Positions 1 to 9,094 of a stretch of DNA of 64,000 bases are shown here, one piece after another. The stretch's first letter is position 1; the number at the start of each line of letters is the position of its first letter. The position numbers and the translations under genes were made by a program. Origin of the DNA: Candidatus Bathyarchaeia archaeon (GTDB taxonomy: Archaea; Thermoproteota; Bathyarchaeia; 40CM-2-53-6); the NCBI GenBank assembly GCA_049521055.1, contig JBEKPE010000001.1:44837-108836 (forward strand). The letters are read 5' to 3'. The notes under the pieces were generated by a model that made no database searches, had not been told where the DNA came from, and worked only from the letters and a program-made list of their open reading frames with translations.

Positions 1-139
1 CGTCACCAAGGCCAACGTAGCAACGGTGACGTAGAATCGAAGCGACGCCAACTCTGTTACGACACATCCCTTATCTGGGGCCCGAATAGGTTACAAATAT
101 TACTGTCTTTACTTGTGTTAGTCACTGAGTTGTTCTGGT

Positions 140-811
140 GTGAAGTGTCCGTCTTGCGGTAATGAGATAACGGGAAATAGCAAATTCTGTACTAGCTGTG
201 GGTACAAGCTGGAAGGTGCCCCCGCACAAACTCCAACCGCTAAACCCACTTCTCCTTTTTCGGGAAGAGAGTACATCATCGAGCAGAAGATTGCTGCCCT
301 ACGCGATACGTTTGGAATCAAAGACAGAAGCGGTAACCTGCTCGCATATGTGAAGAAGAAACTGGTCAGCTGGGGTCCACAATTCTATTTCGAGACGCCA
401 GATGGCGGCAGGTTAGGTGAGATGAGGGGGAAAGTCCTAACGGTCAGACCTACTTTTGAAATCTACGACCCGCGAGGACTCGTAGCAGTAGTCAAGAAGA
501 AGGTCCTGAAACTGCTAGGTTCCGAATGGTGGCTTGAAGACTCGACCGGGAAGGAGATCGCGAGAATTAAGGGAAACATAACCGCGCACGAATTTTCCAT
601 TCAAAACCCGTCGGGTAGCACAATAGCTCAGATTCACAAGAAATGGGTGAGCATTCGCGATTCCTACGGCGTCGAAATCTCAAGTCAAGAAATCGACCCG
701 TACGTAATTCTGGCCTACGCGATAGCCATGGACCACGCCCAATTCAAAGGTGTACAGAAGGGTCTCAGCATAGGGCTCGGAGGCTTAGGCGGCATACCAA
801 CCGACTTCTAA
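140..811 (+). CDS. N-terminal zinc-ribbon plus LURP-one-related (DUF567/tubby-like) domain protein
   Basis: N-terminal CPSCG...CTSCG zinc ribbon and a body resembling the LOR/DUF567 fold. GTG start. Confidence 0.45.
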   Translation: MKCPSCGNEITGNSKFCTSCGYKLEGAPAQTPTAKPTSPFSGREYIIEQKIAALRDTFGIKDRSGNLLAYVKKKLVSWGPQFYFETPDGGRLGEMRGKVLTVRPTFEIYDPRGLVAVVKKKVLKLLGSEWWLEDSTGKEIARIKGNITAHEFSIQNPSGSTIAQIHKKWVSIRDSYGVEISSQEIDPYVILAYAIAMDHAQFKGVQKGLSIGLGGLGGIPTDF

Positions 812-890
812 CTGAAATGGAATGTTAGTGCGAACCTGTCTTCGGAAAATTACGCTCTGCCAAACTGCCAAAAAATAGGCGGGGCTGGAA

Positions 891-1135
891 TCAAATTCTC
901 TTGAGTTGGGCCAGCGTCTTCTCGTTCTTCACGTCACCAGTGTTCAGGGTTGATTTCGGTTCTATCAAAACAACGTGAACCTCTTCATTGGCAACTGGCT
1001 TATGCTCAACTCCTTTCGGAATTATGATAAACTCCCCCTCATCTAACCAAATGTCTTTGTCCCTTAGTTTGATCAGCAGTTTTCCTTTCTTTACAAGGAA
1101 TAATTCGTCCTCAGCCGCGTGTTTGTGCCAGGTTC
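891..1135 (-). pseudogene. cupin-domain gene fragment, N-terminus removed by IS insertion
   Basis: Minus-strand frame reads ...RTWHKHAAEDELFLVKKGKLLIKL...IIIPKGVEHKPVANEEVHVVLIEP...*. There is no in-frame start; the frame runs into the IS right end at 1136 and hits a stop inside it. Confidence 0.45.
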
Positions 1136-2444
1136 TGTTAACTCTTCGACTCGTGGCTTCGAGTTAGCTTCGTTGGATCGACTCTTAGGATTACCTTCGG
1201 CCATGTTGGGCCTGCATCGGGTTCCTTTACCATCGCTTCAATTCCAACGCCTTCCGACCGGGCGAACCTCACCCGCCCCGCCTGCTAATGTTCAATACGG
1301 CGACTAGGTCGCGGTCGAACATTTCTCGGCATCGCTGGCACCAGAGTTTTCGGCGTAGTTGTTTGCTCGATTGGAGTCTCTCCCCGCATCTCGGGCAAAC
1401 CCTGCTCGTGCCTCTGGTCTCAGACTTACTAAGCGTGATCACGGGTACACCCACCCAAGCGGCTTTGTATTCGATTTGCCGCTTAACTTCGTGAAAAGGC
1501 CAACTGTTCATTCGCGCACGGTAGCCCCTACCCTGCGAACTTCCTCTCCGATACAGTTTTCGGATGTCGCGAATATCCTCGAAGACAATTCCATGTCGGT
1601 TCTGGAGAGCTGACTCAACGACTCGTCTTGACACTATGTGGAGTAGCTGACGTATTCGGTTCTTTCTTCGTTCGCCGTACTTGCCGGTAATGGCAGTACG
1701 AGTTCGGGCATCATTGCGCCTAAAAGATCGTGCAATTTCCCTCGTCGTCTTGGCGATCTCAGATGCCTTTCCCATTTCATAGTACAAGATTTCTTCCGAG
1801 TTGCCTACGGTCAGGTTGTTGAGGTTCCTATCCACGCCCACAACCCCGGCCAATTGCTTGATCGGATCCACGTCTTTGCTGATGCATAACGACAAGGATT
1901 CTCGGGTCAGAGTGAAGGAACGTGCTCTAATCTTAGGTTCAGCTAGGGTTCGAAGTGTGTGCGCGTTTAATGGAATAGCGTATGTCTCCCTCCGCCCGAC
2001 AGGGACAAGTAGTTTGCCGTCCACGATTTTGAATCCGTAGCAGGAAGTTAACAGCACTTTCTTCAAGAATGGGTTCTTCGTCATGTGGCCGCGTTTGATA
2101 GATTTCTTTCGTGCTGCAAGGATTCCGGCAGCCTTGGAGCTTGCGCAGAGTTTGTAATATGACGGAAGGCGGAAGCCTCGAAGCTCTCGGTAAGATAGTA
2201 AGGAGAGTCTTTTCAACGATGACGCATCATTCGCCAACCCGATTCCGATGCAGATGTTCGTCATCTGCCTGAAAGATTCCATCAACCCGAGAGTGCACTC
2301 ATCGGGATGGAAGCGTTGCTTCACCGACTTCCTCACAAGCAAAGCTAAGCAAGAGACAGCCATCTCCTGAGCAACTTAAAATGTAGAGAGGAAACCGAAA
2401 CTACTCACGCCAAAATACCAGAACGCATGAGCCGCCAAGTTAAC
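1136..2444 (-). mobile_element. IS200/IS605-family TnpB-only element, copy 1 (degenerate)
   Basis: Ends are GGTTCTGTTAAC at 1130-1141 and ATGAGCCGCCAAGTTAAC at 2427-2444. These are homologous to the ends of copies 2 and 3, but the right-end inverted repeat is degraded. Confidence 0.6.
1269..2363 (-). CDS. tnpB: TnpB/OrfB RNA-guided endonuclease-like transposase-associated protein (C-terminal frame disruption)
   Basis: RuvC-like GVDRNLNN and E-containing IVFEDI motifs, C-terminal CPRCG...CQRC zinc finger and DRDLVAVLNI RuvC-III. Sequence downstream of the stop still encodes VRFA...EAMV in another frame, like copies 2 and 3. Confidence 0.8.
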   Translation of the reverse strand: MAVSCLALLVRKSVKQRFHPDECTLGLMESFRQMTNICIGIGLANDASSLKRLSLLSYRELRGFRLPSYYKLCASSKAAGILAARKKSIKRGHMTKNPFLKKVLLTSCYGFKIVDGKLLVPVGRRETYAIPLNAHTLRTLAEPKIRARSFTLTRESLSLCISKDVDPIKQLAGVVGVDRNLNNLTVGNSEEILYYEMGKASEIAKTTREIARSFRRNDARTRTAITGKYGERRKNRIRQLLHIVSRRVVESALQNRHGIVFEDIRDIRKLYRRGSSQGRGYRARMNSWPFHEVKRQIEYKAAWVGVPVITLSKSETRGTSRVCPRCGERLQSSKQLRRKLWCQRCREMFDRDLVAVLNISRRGG

Positions 2445-2521
2445 AATATTGAATCAAGTAAATTTCTGAGCTATGTTTACTTTCTCAAGTTTTGAGTGCT
2501 CACTCAAGGGACAGACCTGGC

Positions 2522-3415
2522 TTACTGTTTCTTTTCTGGCCAGTCGTAGAAACCTTTCCCGGTCTTTCTTCCCAGTAGGTTTGCGCGCACCATTTGTTTG
2601 AGTAGGTTGCTCGGGCGGAATTTTGGATCTCCAGTCTCGTTCACCATCACGTCCGTGATGAAGAGGTGGGTGTCGGCGCCCACGTAGTCAATCAGTTTCA
2701 GTGGCCCCATTGGCCAATTCAATCCTAGGGTAATTGCTTTGTCAATATCCTCCGGATCTGCAACCCCTTCCGCAACAAGGAATACGGCCTCGTTGAGGGC
2801 GGGAACTAGGATCCGGTTTACAATGAATCCTGGTGTATCCTTCTTGACTAGGACTGACTCTTTCCCAAGCTTAGCAGAAACTTGCTTGATTGTCTCTACT
2901 GTCTCATCCGAGGTTTTCAGCCCGCGGACAATCTCGATGAGTCGCATGAGTTGTGGGGGGTTGAAGAAGTGCATCCCGCAAACCTTCTCAGCCCTTGTCG
3001 TGGCGGCCCCAATCTCGGTTATGCTGATCGAGGACGTGTTCGACGCGATTATTGCGTGTGGGGGAGCATACTTGTCCGCCTCCGCAAGGACGGCTTTCTT
3101 GAGCGGTGGATTCTCGGTGACGGCCTCGATAACTAAATCCGCGTTCTGAACAGCCTGTTTCAGGTCCAGGGTGGGGTGAATTCTGTTGAGAATTTCTTTC
3201 GACTCAGCTTCGGTTATGTTTCCTTTCTTGACGAATCGTTGGAGGCTGTCTTTGATCATCTTCATGCCGTTATCGACGAACCGTTGCTCGATATCCCGCA
3301 TGCTAACTTCGAATTTGCCAGTTTGAGCGCAGACTTGGGCAATGCCATGGCCCATCAAACCAGCGCCCAACACACATACTCGCTTCACTTCGGTTCTGTT
3401 AACTTGTTGGCTCAT
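2522..3415 (-). CDS. 3-hydroxyacyl-CoA / 3-hydroxybutyryl-CoA dehydrogenase
   Basis: Rossmann VCVLGAGLMGHGIAQV N-terminus and a typical HBD C-terminal domain. The first 8 codons (MSQQVNRT) are IS-end sequence; the native start is probably the GTG near 3389. Confidence 0.85.
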   Translation of the reverse strand: MSQQVNRTEVKRVCVLGAGLMGHGIAQVCAQTGKFEVSMRDIEQRFVDNGMKMIKDSLQRFVKKGNITEAESKEILNRIHPTLDLKQAVQNADLVIEAVTENPPLKKAVLAEADKYAPPHAIIASNTSSISITEIGAATTRAEKVCGMHFFNPPQLMRLIEIVRGLKTSDETVETIKQVSAKLGKESVLVKKDTPGFIVNRILVPALNEAVFLVAEGVADPEDIDKAITLGLNWPMGPLKLIDYVGADTHLFITDVMVNETGDPKFRPSNLLKQMVRANLLGRKTGKGFYDWPEKKQ

Positions 3416-4641
3416 GGGGCTTCAACTCGTTAGCTCGCTTCCATCGACTTTCAGGATTACCTACTAAGGATTCCTGTACCATCGCTTCAACTGGAAGCGC
3501 GATTGGCGCGAACCTCACGCCTCTTGCTAGGATATTCCTAGCAGCGTTTACGTCTCGGTCTACGGTGAATCCGCAGCTCGGGCACTTGAGTTGTCGGCTC
3601 TCTTCGGGTTTACGCGCCATGCGCGACCCACACATCGAACACTTCACCGAAGTGCCAGACGGATTCACGTAGATGACTGGGATGCCTTCCCACTGGGCCT
3701 TGTATTCGATCTGACGCTGCAATTCAAAGTAACTCCAACCGTTCATCACCCCACGATAACCTCTGCACTGCCAGTTACCGTGCCGGTAAAGTTTCCTTAT
3801 GCCTGTCAGCTTCTCCATGACGATGCCAAACTCCCTGCCCTTCGCATCCTCTACGATCTGTTTTGAGGCGTTGTGGAGAATCCGCTTCACCTTCTCTTGT
3901 TGCTTCCGACCGTACTTGCTGGTGATTTCGCGGAGGATGCGCACATCGTTCCGCCTGATGCGGGAGCGTACCAGTCGGTAGGTAGCCTTTACCCTTGTCG
4001 CCTCGGTTAGTTCATGCTTCGCGCTGGAACCGTCCGTGGACGCCAATGTGACATTGTTCAGGTTTCGGTCGATGCCGATAAAACCACTCGGTCGGACCTC
4101 CGCGACCTCCTTCGCATATGTCAACGACAACTTGTCCTGGGTCAACGTAACCGAACGAACCTTGTACTTTCGAATAGTTGCTTGAACATGCGGCGTAATA
4201 GGAATTCTGATCGATTCCCCAGGATGGTACGGCAGAAGAAGACAGCCGTCCTTAATCTTGAATCCATAGCAGGTGGTCAAACGCAAACGTCGAACATGAG
4301 GAGCTGTCGGATTCTCTCCATGTCGAACCGTTCTGCGATAATTCCGGAGTATTCCAGTTACGCCGCTGATGGCGCATAGCTTGTAGTAGCTCATAGCGTC
4401 GTAGGTTGCAAGTTGTTTGTACGCTTTCACGGACAAGGACTTGAGGCTCGTGGCGTTCTCAGTCAAGCCAATCTGTATGCAAGTGTTCATCATTCGGCGG
4501 AACTCGTCAAGCATCAGTAGAATCTCGGGGCTGGGCGTGTAGTGCTGCTGAACTGCTTTGATCGCCCGCATAACTTAGCGTCCGCTTTCAATCTCTTTTA
4601 GGCATGAGAGGTCGGTGAAACCAATGAGCCGACAAGTTAAC
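3398..4641 (-). mobile_element. IS200/IS605-family TnpB-only element, copy 2 (1244 bp) with about 20-bp terminal inverted repeats
   Basis: GTTAACTTGTTGGCTCAT at 3398-3415 is the reverse complement of ATGAGCCGACAAGTTAAC at 4624-4641. Confidence 0.75.
3399..4571 (-). CDS. tnpB: TnpB/OrfB family protein (390 aa)
   Basis: GIDRNLNN, IVMEKLTGI, CSMCG...CPSCG zinc finger and DRDVNAARNI. About 78% aa identity to copy 3. Confidence 0.9.
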   Translation of the reverse strand: MRAIKAVQQHYTPSPEILLMLDEFRRMMNTCIQIGLTENATSLKSLSVKAYKQLATYDAMSYYKLCAISGVTGILRNYRRTVRHGENPTAPHVRRLRLTTCYGFKIKDGCLLLPYHPGESIRIPITPHVQATIRKYKVRSVTLTQDKLSLTYAKEVAEVRPSGFIGIDRNLNNVTLASTDGSSAKHELTEATRVKATYRLVRSRIRRNDVRILREITSKYGRKQQEKVKRILHNASKQIVEDAKGREFGIVMEKLTGIRKLYRHGNWQCRGYRGVMNGWSYFELQRQIEYKAQWEGIPVIYVNPSGTSVKCSMCGSRMARKPEESRQLKCPSCGFTVDRDVNAARNILARGVRFAPIALPVEAMVQESLVGNPESRWKRANELKPHEPTS

Positions 4642-4768
4642 GGAGCTCCATAGTCCATTTTTCAATCGAAATATGCTTTCCCATACAGGAGGCGCTTGGT
4701 TGGGCGTCATGGAAAGGCTCTGCTCGCGGTCGAGCCATATAGAGAGCCGTTACCACGGACGGCTGAGT

Positions 4769-6118
4769 CTATCGAAGCTGAGCTGCTACTTCCTTTACGG
4801 CGCCTTCGAAGATTTCCAGTCCTTCATCGATGATGTCGCGGGTTATGATGAGGGGGGGTGCGAAGCGCATCGAGGATTTTCCGGCAGTTATGATTGCTAA
4901 TCCTCGTTTGAAGCATTTGTTGGTTATGTCCTCCACTTCCTGAGCGGCTGGTTCCTTGGTTTCCGGGTCTTTGACGAATTCCACTCCGACCATCAACCCT
5001 TTGCCGCGCACGTCGCCTATTATGGGGTATTGCTGTTGCATTTCTTTCAGTCGCTTCATTAGGTACGTCCCTTGATGGGTCGCGTTCTCCATGAGCTTTT
5101 CATCCTTTATGATGCCAATCACTTGTAATGCGGCGGCGCAGGCTACAGGATTACCCCCAAACGTATTGGCATGAGAACCCCCTTCCCAATCCATGAGTTC
5201 CTGTTTAGCTACGGCGGCGCCGATTGGGAGGCCGGATGCAAGAGCCTTGGCGGTGGTTAGAATGTCAGGCGTTACGCCCCAGTGCTCTAAAGCGAACCAT
5301 CTACCGGTCCGCCCCATCCCAGATTGTATCTCGTCGTCAGCCAGTAGAATGTCATATTTGTCAAGTATTTTCTTCAAACGCTGGAAATAATCGTCGGGAG
5401 GAACCACGTAGCCGCTCTCGCCTTGAATTGGCTCCACAAACATTGCAGCAGTGTCTTCAGGAGGATGATATTTCTTGAGTACCTCTTCTTCTATGAAGTC
5501 GACGCACCACATGTCGCACTCCGGATACTTCAGCCCGAAGGGACAGCGGTAGCAGTAGGGATAAGGAACGTGGGTTACTTCTGGAACGAGCGGGAAAAAG
5601 TGTCTTCTCTGAACCGGCTTACTCGCAGTAAGCGCCATAGTTCCGAAACTTCTTCCATGAAACGCGCCGGTGTACGCTAAGAATAACGGTTTGCGAGTGT
5701 GCCAACGGGCCATCTTCATCGCGGCCTCGTTTGCCTCCGCACCGCTATTACAGAAGAACACTTTCTTAGGAAATGAACCAGGCGTAATCTTAGTCAGTTG
5801 CTCCCCTAGGTCAACGATTGGCTTATAGTAGAAATCGGTCCATGAATAGTGAATTAGTTTCTCAGCTTGATCCTTGATCGCTTTGACGACGCGCGGATGC
5901 GAATGCCCCACGGCCAAAACGACTAATCCCGAATTAAAATCTATGAACTCGTTACCGTCAACATCCTTAACGACGCATCCTGAACCAGAGTCTGCAACGA
6001 GAGGATACCAACGTACAACCGATTGCGACAAGATGGTCGCATCTTTCTGAAGCAATTCTCTCGCCTTAGGCCCGGGCGGAGTGACGACGATCTTATGTCG
6101 TTGAACTTTGGTCACCAT
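4769..6118 (-). CDS. class III PLP-dependent aminotransferase (GabT/ArgD-like)
   Basis: Aminotransferase class III architecture throughout (about 450 aa) with conserved-looking PLP-lysine region. Confidence 0.8.
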   Translation of the reverse strand: MVTKVQRHKIVVTPPGPKARELLQKDATILSQSVVRWYPLVADSGSGCVVKDVDGNEFIDFNSGLVVLAVGHSHPRVVKAIKDQAEKLIHYSWTDFYYKPIVDLGEQLTKITPGSFPKKVFFCNSGAEANEAAMKMARWHTRKPLFLAYTGAFHGRSFGTMALTASKPVQRRHFFPLVPEVTHVPYPYCYRCPFGLKYPECDMWCVDFIEEEVLKKYHPPEDTAAMFVEPIQGESGYVVPPDDYFQRLKKILDKYDILLADDEIQSGMGRTGRWFALEHWGVTPDILTTAKALASGLPIGAAVAKQELMDWEGGSHANTFGGNPVACAAALQVIGIIKDEKLMENATHQGTYLMKRLKEMQQQYPIIGDVRGKGLMVGVEFVKDPETKEPAAQEVEDITNKCFKRGLAIITAGKSSMRFAPPLIITRDIIDEGLEIFEGAVKEVAAQLR

Positions 6119-6256
6119 TATGAGTCACCGACTTGTTCCAACGCGAGCGCTTAGTCCGTGAATTGTAAAAGGCTTCCGTTCATCTCTCGTGCATAACACT
6201 GATGCATTGAGAGACAGGTTTCGTAGCTTTATGACAGAGCCGATATGTGGCCTCTA

Positions 6257-8113
6257 TCAGTTTATGATTAGAGGCACGATCCTTTGGCTGTCAACGTCAA
6301 AGAGCCCTTTGTCTGTAATTCTTGCGTGTGATATTACTGGAAGTGCGAGCGTGGAGATTATCAGTATGGTTCCGTAATCGACGAGTCCGAGTTGCTCCTC
6401 CACCTTTCTGAATGCCAACAGTTTACCTGCGACGGTCTCAGCCTTTTCTTCCGACATGAGGCCTGCTACCGGCAGTTCAACTTCAGCCAAAACTTTTCCT
6501 CCGTTCACTGCAACCAGCCCACCTTGGCACTCGATTAGAGTGTTCGCTGCCACCGCCATATCTGACGGGGTATTCCCCACAACAGTAAGGTTGTGTGAAT
6601 CATGTGAAATTGTTGTAGCCAAGGCGCCTTCTTTCAGGCCGAATCTATCCAGGAAGCCAAGCGACTTGTTTCTAGTCTTTCCGTGCCTTTCAAAAACGGC
6701 AACCGTTGCGCCATCGTGCTGCACAATATGGTCCTTGACAGTCACATCTTTTTCTTCAAAGTTGGTTAGGAAGCCCTGCATGGTTATCGTTCGGACTCTG
6801 ATTGATCCACTCTCTTTTTCGACCCGCACCTGGAAATCATCCGGCGTCACTCTCTGAAGTTTCACTGTGCGTGTTGCTTCTTTCGGGAAATGGGTTGTTG
6901 CAAGTTTTGTTACGAGCGTGCCATTCTCCGCTACGATTCTCCCGTTCGCGACAACCAACTTCACCTTGAACTCATTCAAGTCTTTGACTAGTAGAATGTC
7001 AGCGATTTTTCCTGGGCTTATGGCGCCGCGGTCGAATAGGCGAAGGTGTTTGGCTGGGAAGAGGGTTGCTGAGCGAACTGCATCTATTGGATCGAACCCG
7101 TTCTGTATCGCTTTGCGCACAACGTCGTCCAAATGTCCATCTCGCATGAGATCGTCTGGCATTGTGTCGTCGGTAACAAGCAGCAGGCCTTGCTTGCTGG
7201 GAAGATTGGACAGCAACTTGACTAATCCGGGAACGAGGGAGAATTTCCTTAGTTTCGCGAACATTCCTAGGCGGATTTCGCGGAGGATTATATCAAAATC
7301 AGCTTTGTAACCATGGTCTGCATCTACGGGAAAGTATTCGTGGTTTGCTTCAATTCCTGAGGCTGCGTAAGCGTTTGTTCCCTTTTCATCTAGATTCATG
7401 CAGTGACCATCGATAACGACTCCTGCCTCTCTGCCAGCCTTGACTATCTCAGTCATTCGTTTGTCGAGGTTGATCACACCACTGTAATCCATTACTTCAG
7501 CGAGGCCGATAACCCTCTCCCAACCAAGCATCTCTCTAACATCTGACACTTGGATTTCAGCCCCAGCCGTGTCCGCATTCAATACCGCGGGTACGCAGGT
7601 AGGAACGAGAACAAGGACCTTCAAAGGCAGACCTGCGCTGGAATCAAGCATCATCCTTACCCCAGCCTTCCCCAACACGTTCCCAATCTCATGCGGATCA
7701 ATGGCTACAGTAGTTGTCCCATGCGGGAGAACGGCTTCAGCAAATCGCGGTGGGGTAACCATACTGCTCTCAATGTGGAGATGCGAATCGATCAGGCCTT
7801 GAATGGCATACATTCCTTTCGCATCGAAAACATCCTTCGACTTAATTTCCTCTAGCTCCCCAACATAGGAGATTTTGTCACCACAAATCCCTATACTCGT
7901 CTCGTATTGCTCGCGCGTGTAAACGTTCACGAGCCGCACGTTTCTTAACACGAGATCGAACGGGGCGTCTCCGCGTGCAGTCTGAACCAGCCTTTCATAT
8001 GTCATTATTGTAATCATCCCGAATCTGGCGCAACCTAGATTTGGCTTCTGTGGACCGATCCCGGTGATGGCGCAGGTGGGTTCTAGTACCTCTTCGTTGT
8101 GCATTACTTTCAT
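6257..8113 (-). CDS. ade: adenine deaminase
   Basis: Amidohydrolase with the DSHLHIESSMVTP...HGTT...DPHEIGNVLG signature typical of adenine deaminase. Confidence 0.8.
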   Translation of the reverse strand: MKVMHNEEVLEPTCAITGIGPQKPNLGCARFGMITIMTYERLVQTARGDAPFDLVLRNVRLVNVYTREQYETSIGICGDKISYVGELEEIKSKDVFDAKGMYAIQGLIDSHLHIESSMVTPPRFAEAVLPHGTTTVAIDPHEIGNVLGKAGVRMMLDSSAGLPLKVLVLVPTCVPAVLNADTAGAEIQVSDVREMLGWERVIGLAEVMDYSGVINLDKRMTEIVKAGREAGVVIDGHCMNLDEKGTNAYAASGIEANHEYFPVDADHGYKADFDIILREIRLGMFAKLRKFSLVPGLVKLLSNLPSKQGLLLVTDDTMPDDLMRDGHLDDVVRKAIQNGFDPIDAVRSATLFPAKHLRLFDRGAISPGKIADILLVKDLNEFKVKLVVANGRIVAENGTLVTKLATTHFPKEATRTVKLQRVTPDDFQVRVEKESGSIRVRTITMQGFLTNFEEKDVTVKDHIVQHDGATVAVFERHGKTRNKSLGFLDRFGLKEGALATTISHDSHNLTVVGNTPSDMAVAANTLIECQGGLVAVNGGKVLAEVELPVAGLMSEEKAETVAGKLLAFRKVEEQLGLVDYGTILIISTLALPVISHARITDKGLFDVDSQRIVPLIIN

Positions 8114-8211
8114 TCGCCCATGCGGTACGATTCGTAACGTTCATTCTGGACTCACGTATGCTTCTATTCGCAACCCGTAGACCCGGAGTTCAAGCTGTCT
8201 CAAAGACTGTC

Positions 8212-8320
8212 CATGTGTTGGAGGGGTGTCAAACACCCCCCTGTCGGCTGTCTTACACCCGTACCCTTCTTTTCAAGTGGGACCAAAATCCCACCCGTCC
8301 CCCCCAGTTTCGAACTTCCT
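8212..8320. repeat. conserved hairpin element copy A (GGGGTGT-caa-ACACCCC followed by CTGTCTTACACCCGTAC...GGGACC)
   Basis: About 60-100 nt similar to 55650-55735, and partially to 31663-31705. Confidence 0.6.
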
Positions 8321-8328
8321 GGTAGACC

Positions 8329-8718
8329 CTATATCATATGGGCTTCAGCCAACCCACGAAAGTGAGGGTCACCGGTAACGACCTTCCCCTGCCGGTCTCG
8401 CGCAGTCGAGAGAACAATTGAGTCAGCTAGGCCCCATCCCTGAACTTTTTTCTTCATCGCGACATCAGTCTTAGCCGCTTCAACGGCCAAATTCTCATCA
8501 AGTGGAATAAGCGCGCTTCTTGACTTGATGAATGCTCTTCTGAGTTCAGCTTTTTGTTCATCTTCCGTTTTCAGAATCTTCGCGTATGTCTCCGCCAGAC
8601 AAATTGAGGGTGTGAGTTTCTCATACGCTTCCGTGTCGATGATCTGTTTGACTTTTTGGCCGGCTTCGGTTCCCATGAAATATTCAAGCCATGCATAGGA
8701 ATCCATGATGTACCTCAT
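8329..8718 (-). CDS. vapC: PIN-domain toxin VapC
   Basis: PIN-domain-like sequence about 129 aa long. It overlaps the upstream small gene by 4 bp. Confidence 0.7.
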   Translation of the reverse strand: MRYIMDSYAWLEYFMGTEAGQKVKQIIDTEAYEKLTPSICLAETYAKILKTEDEQKAELRRAFIKSRSALIPLDENLAVEAAKTDVAMKKKVQGWGLADSIVLSTARDRQGKVVTGDPHFRGLAEAHMI

Positions 8719-8900
8719 AAGCGGTCCCTATGGTCTCGCATGTCTTTCAGTGACGTCCTTCTCATTGTCCCGAACATACCCTCTCCCTTCAGAAGAGCTT
8801 CTGCAAGAATTGCATTGATAGCTTCGGACATGCCTCTGGGCCCGAACTTCTCCTTCAGGATCTCGTAGAGGTCTTCTCTAAGCAATACCGTTGTCTTCAT
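8715..8900 (-). CDS. vapB: VapB-like antitoxin (RHH/AbrB-like small DNA-binding protein)
   Basis: 61-aa ORF overlapping vapC by 4 bp, in typical TA operon geometry. Confidence 0.5.
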   Translation of the reverse strand: MKTTVLLREDLYEILKEKFGPRGMSEAINAILAEALLKGEGMFGTMRRTSLKDMRDHRDRL

Positions 8901-9009
8901 TACGGATACGGTACCTTAACCCTAAACATAGATGTTTAAGCCTTACGGCAAGCGAGTCGAGAATAGGTTTGCGATTCCACTCCCGGAGCCTTACGGGATG
9001 CTGATGTGT

Positions 9010-9034
9010 TGCCAAACAATGAGGCAACACAATC
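9010..9034. terminator. 8-bp-stem hairpin GTGTTGCC-loop-GGCAACAC downstream of permease gene
   Basis: Perfect inverted repeat seen in sequence. Its terminator role is inferred. Confidence 0.3.
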
Positions 9035-9094
9035 GCTCAGATGGATTTGGTGAGCGAGGCGCCTAGGTGTAAGGATCGCCTTATTGTCTTGTGT

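Noticed and set aside
1119-1307. 62-aa plus-strand ORF spanning the IS copy-1 right end
   Set aside because: It overlaps the TnpB 3' end and the conserved IS terminus, and is better explained as non-coding IS end sequence.
2739-3149. Plus-strand ORFs inside hbd, and similar antisense ORFs inside the permeases, E1/E2 genes and TnpB genes
   Set aside because: They are antisense to strongly supported genes. GC-rich coding regions often give such open frames.
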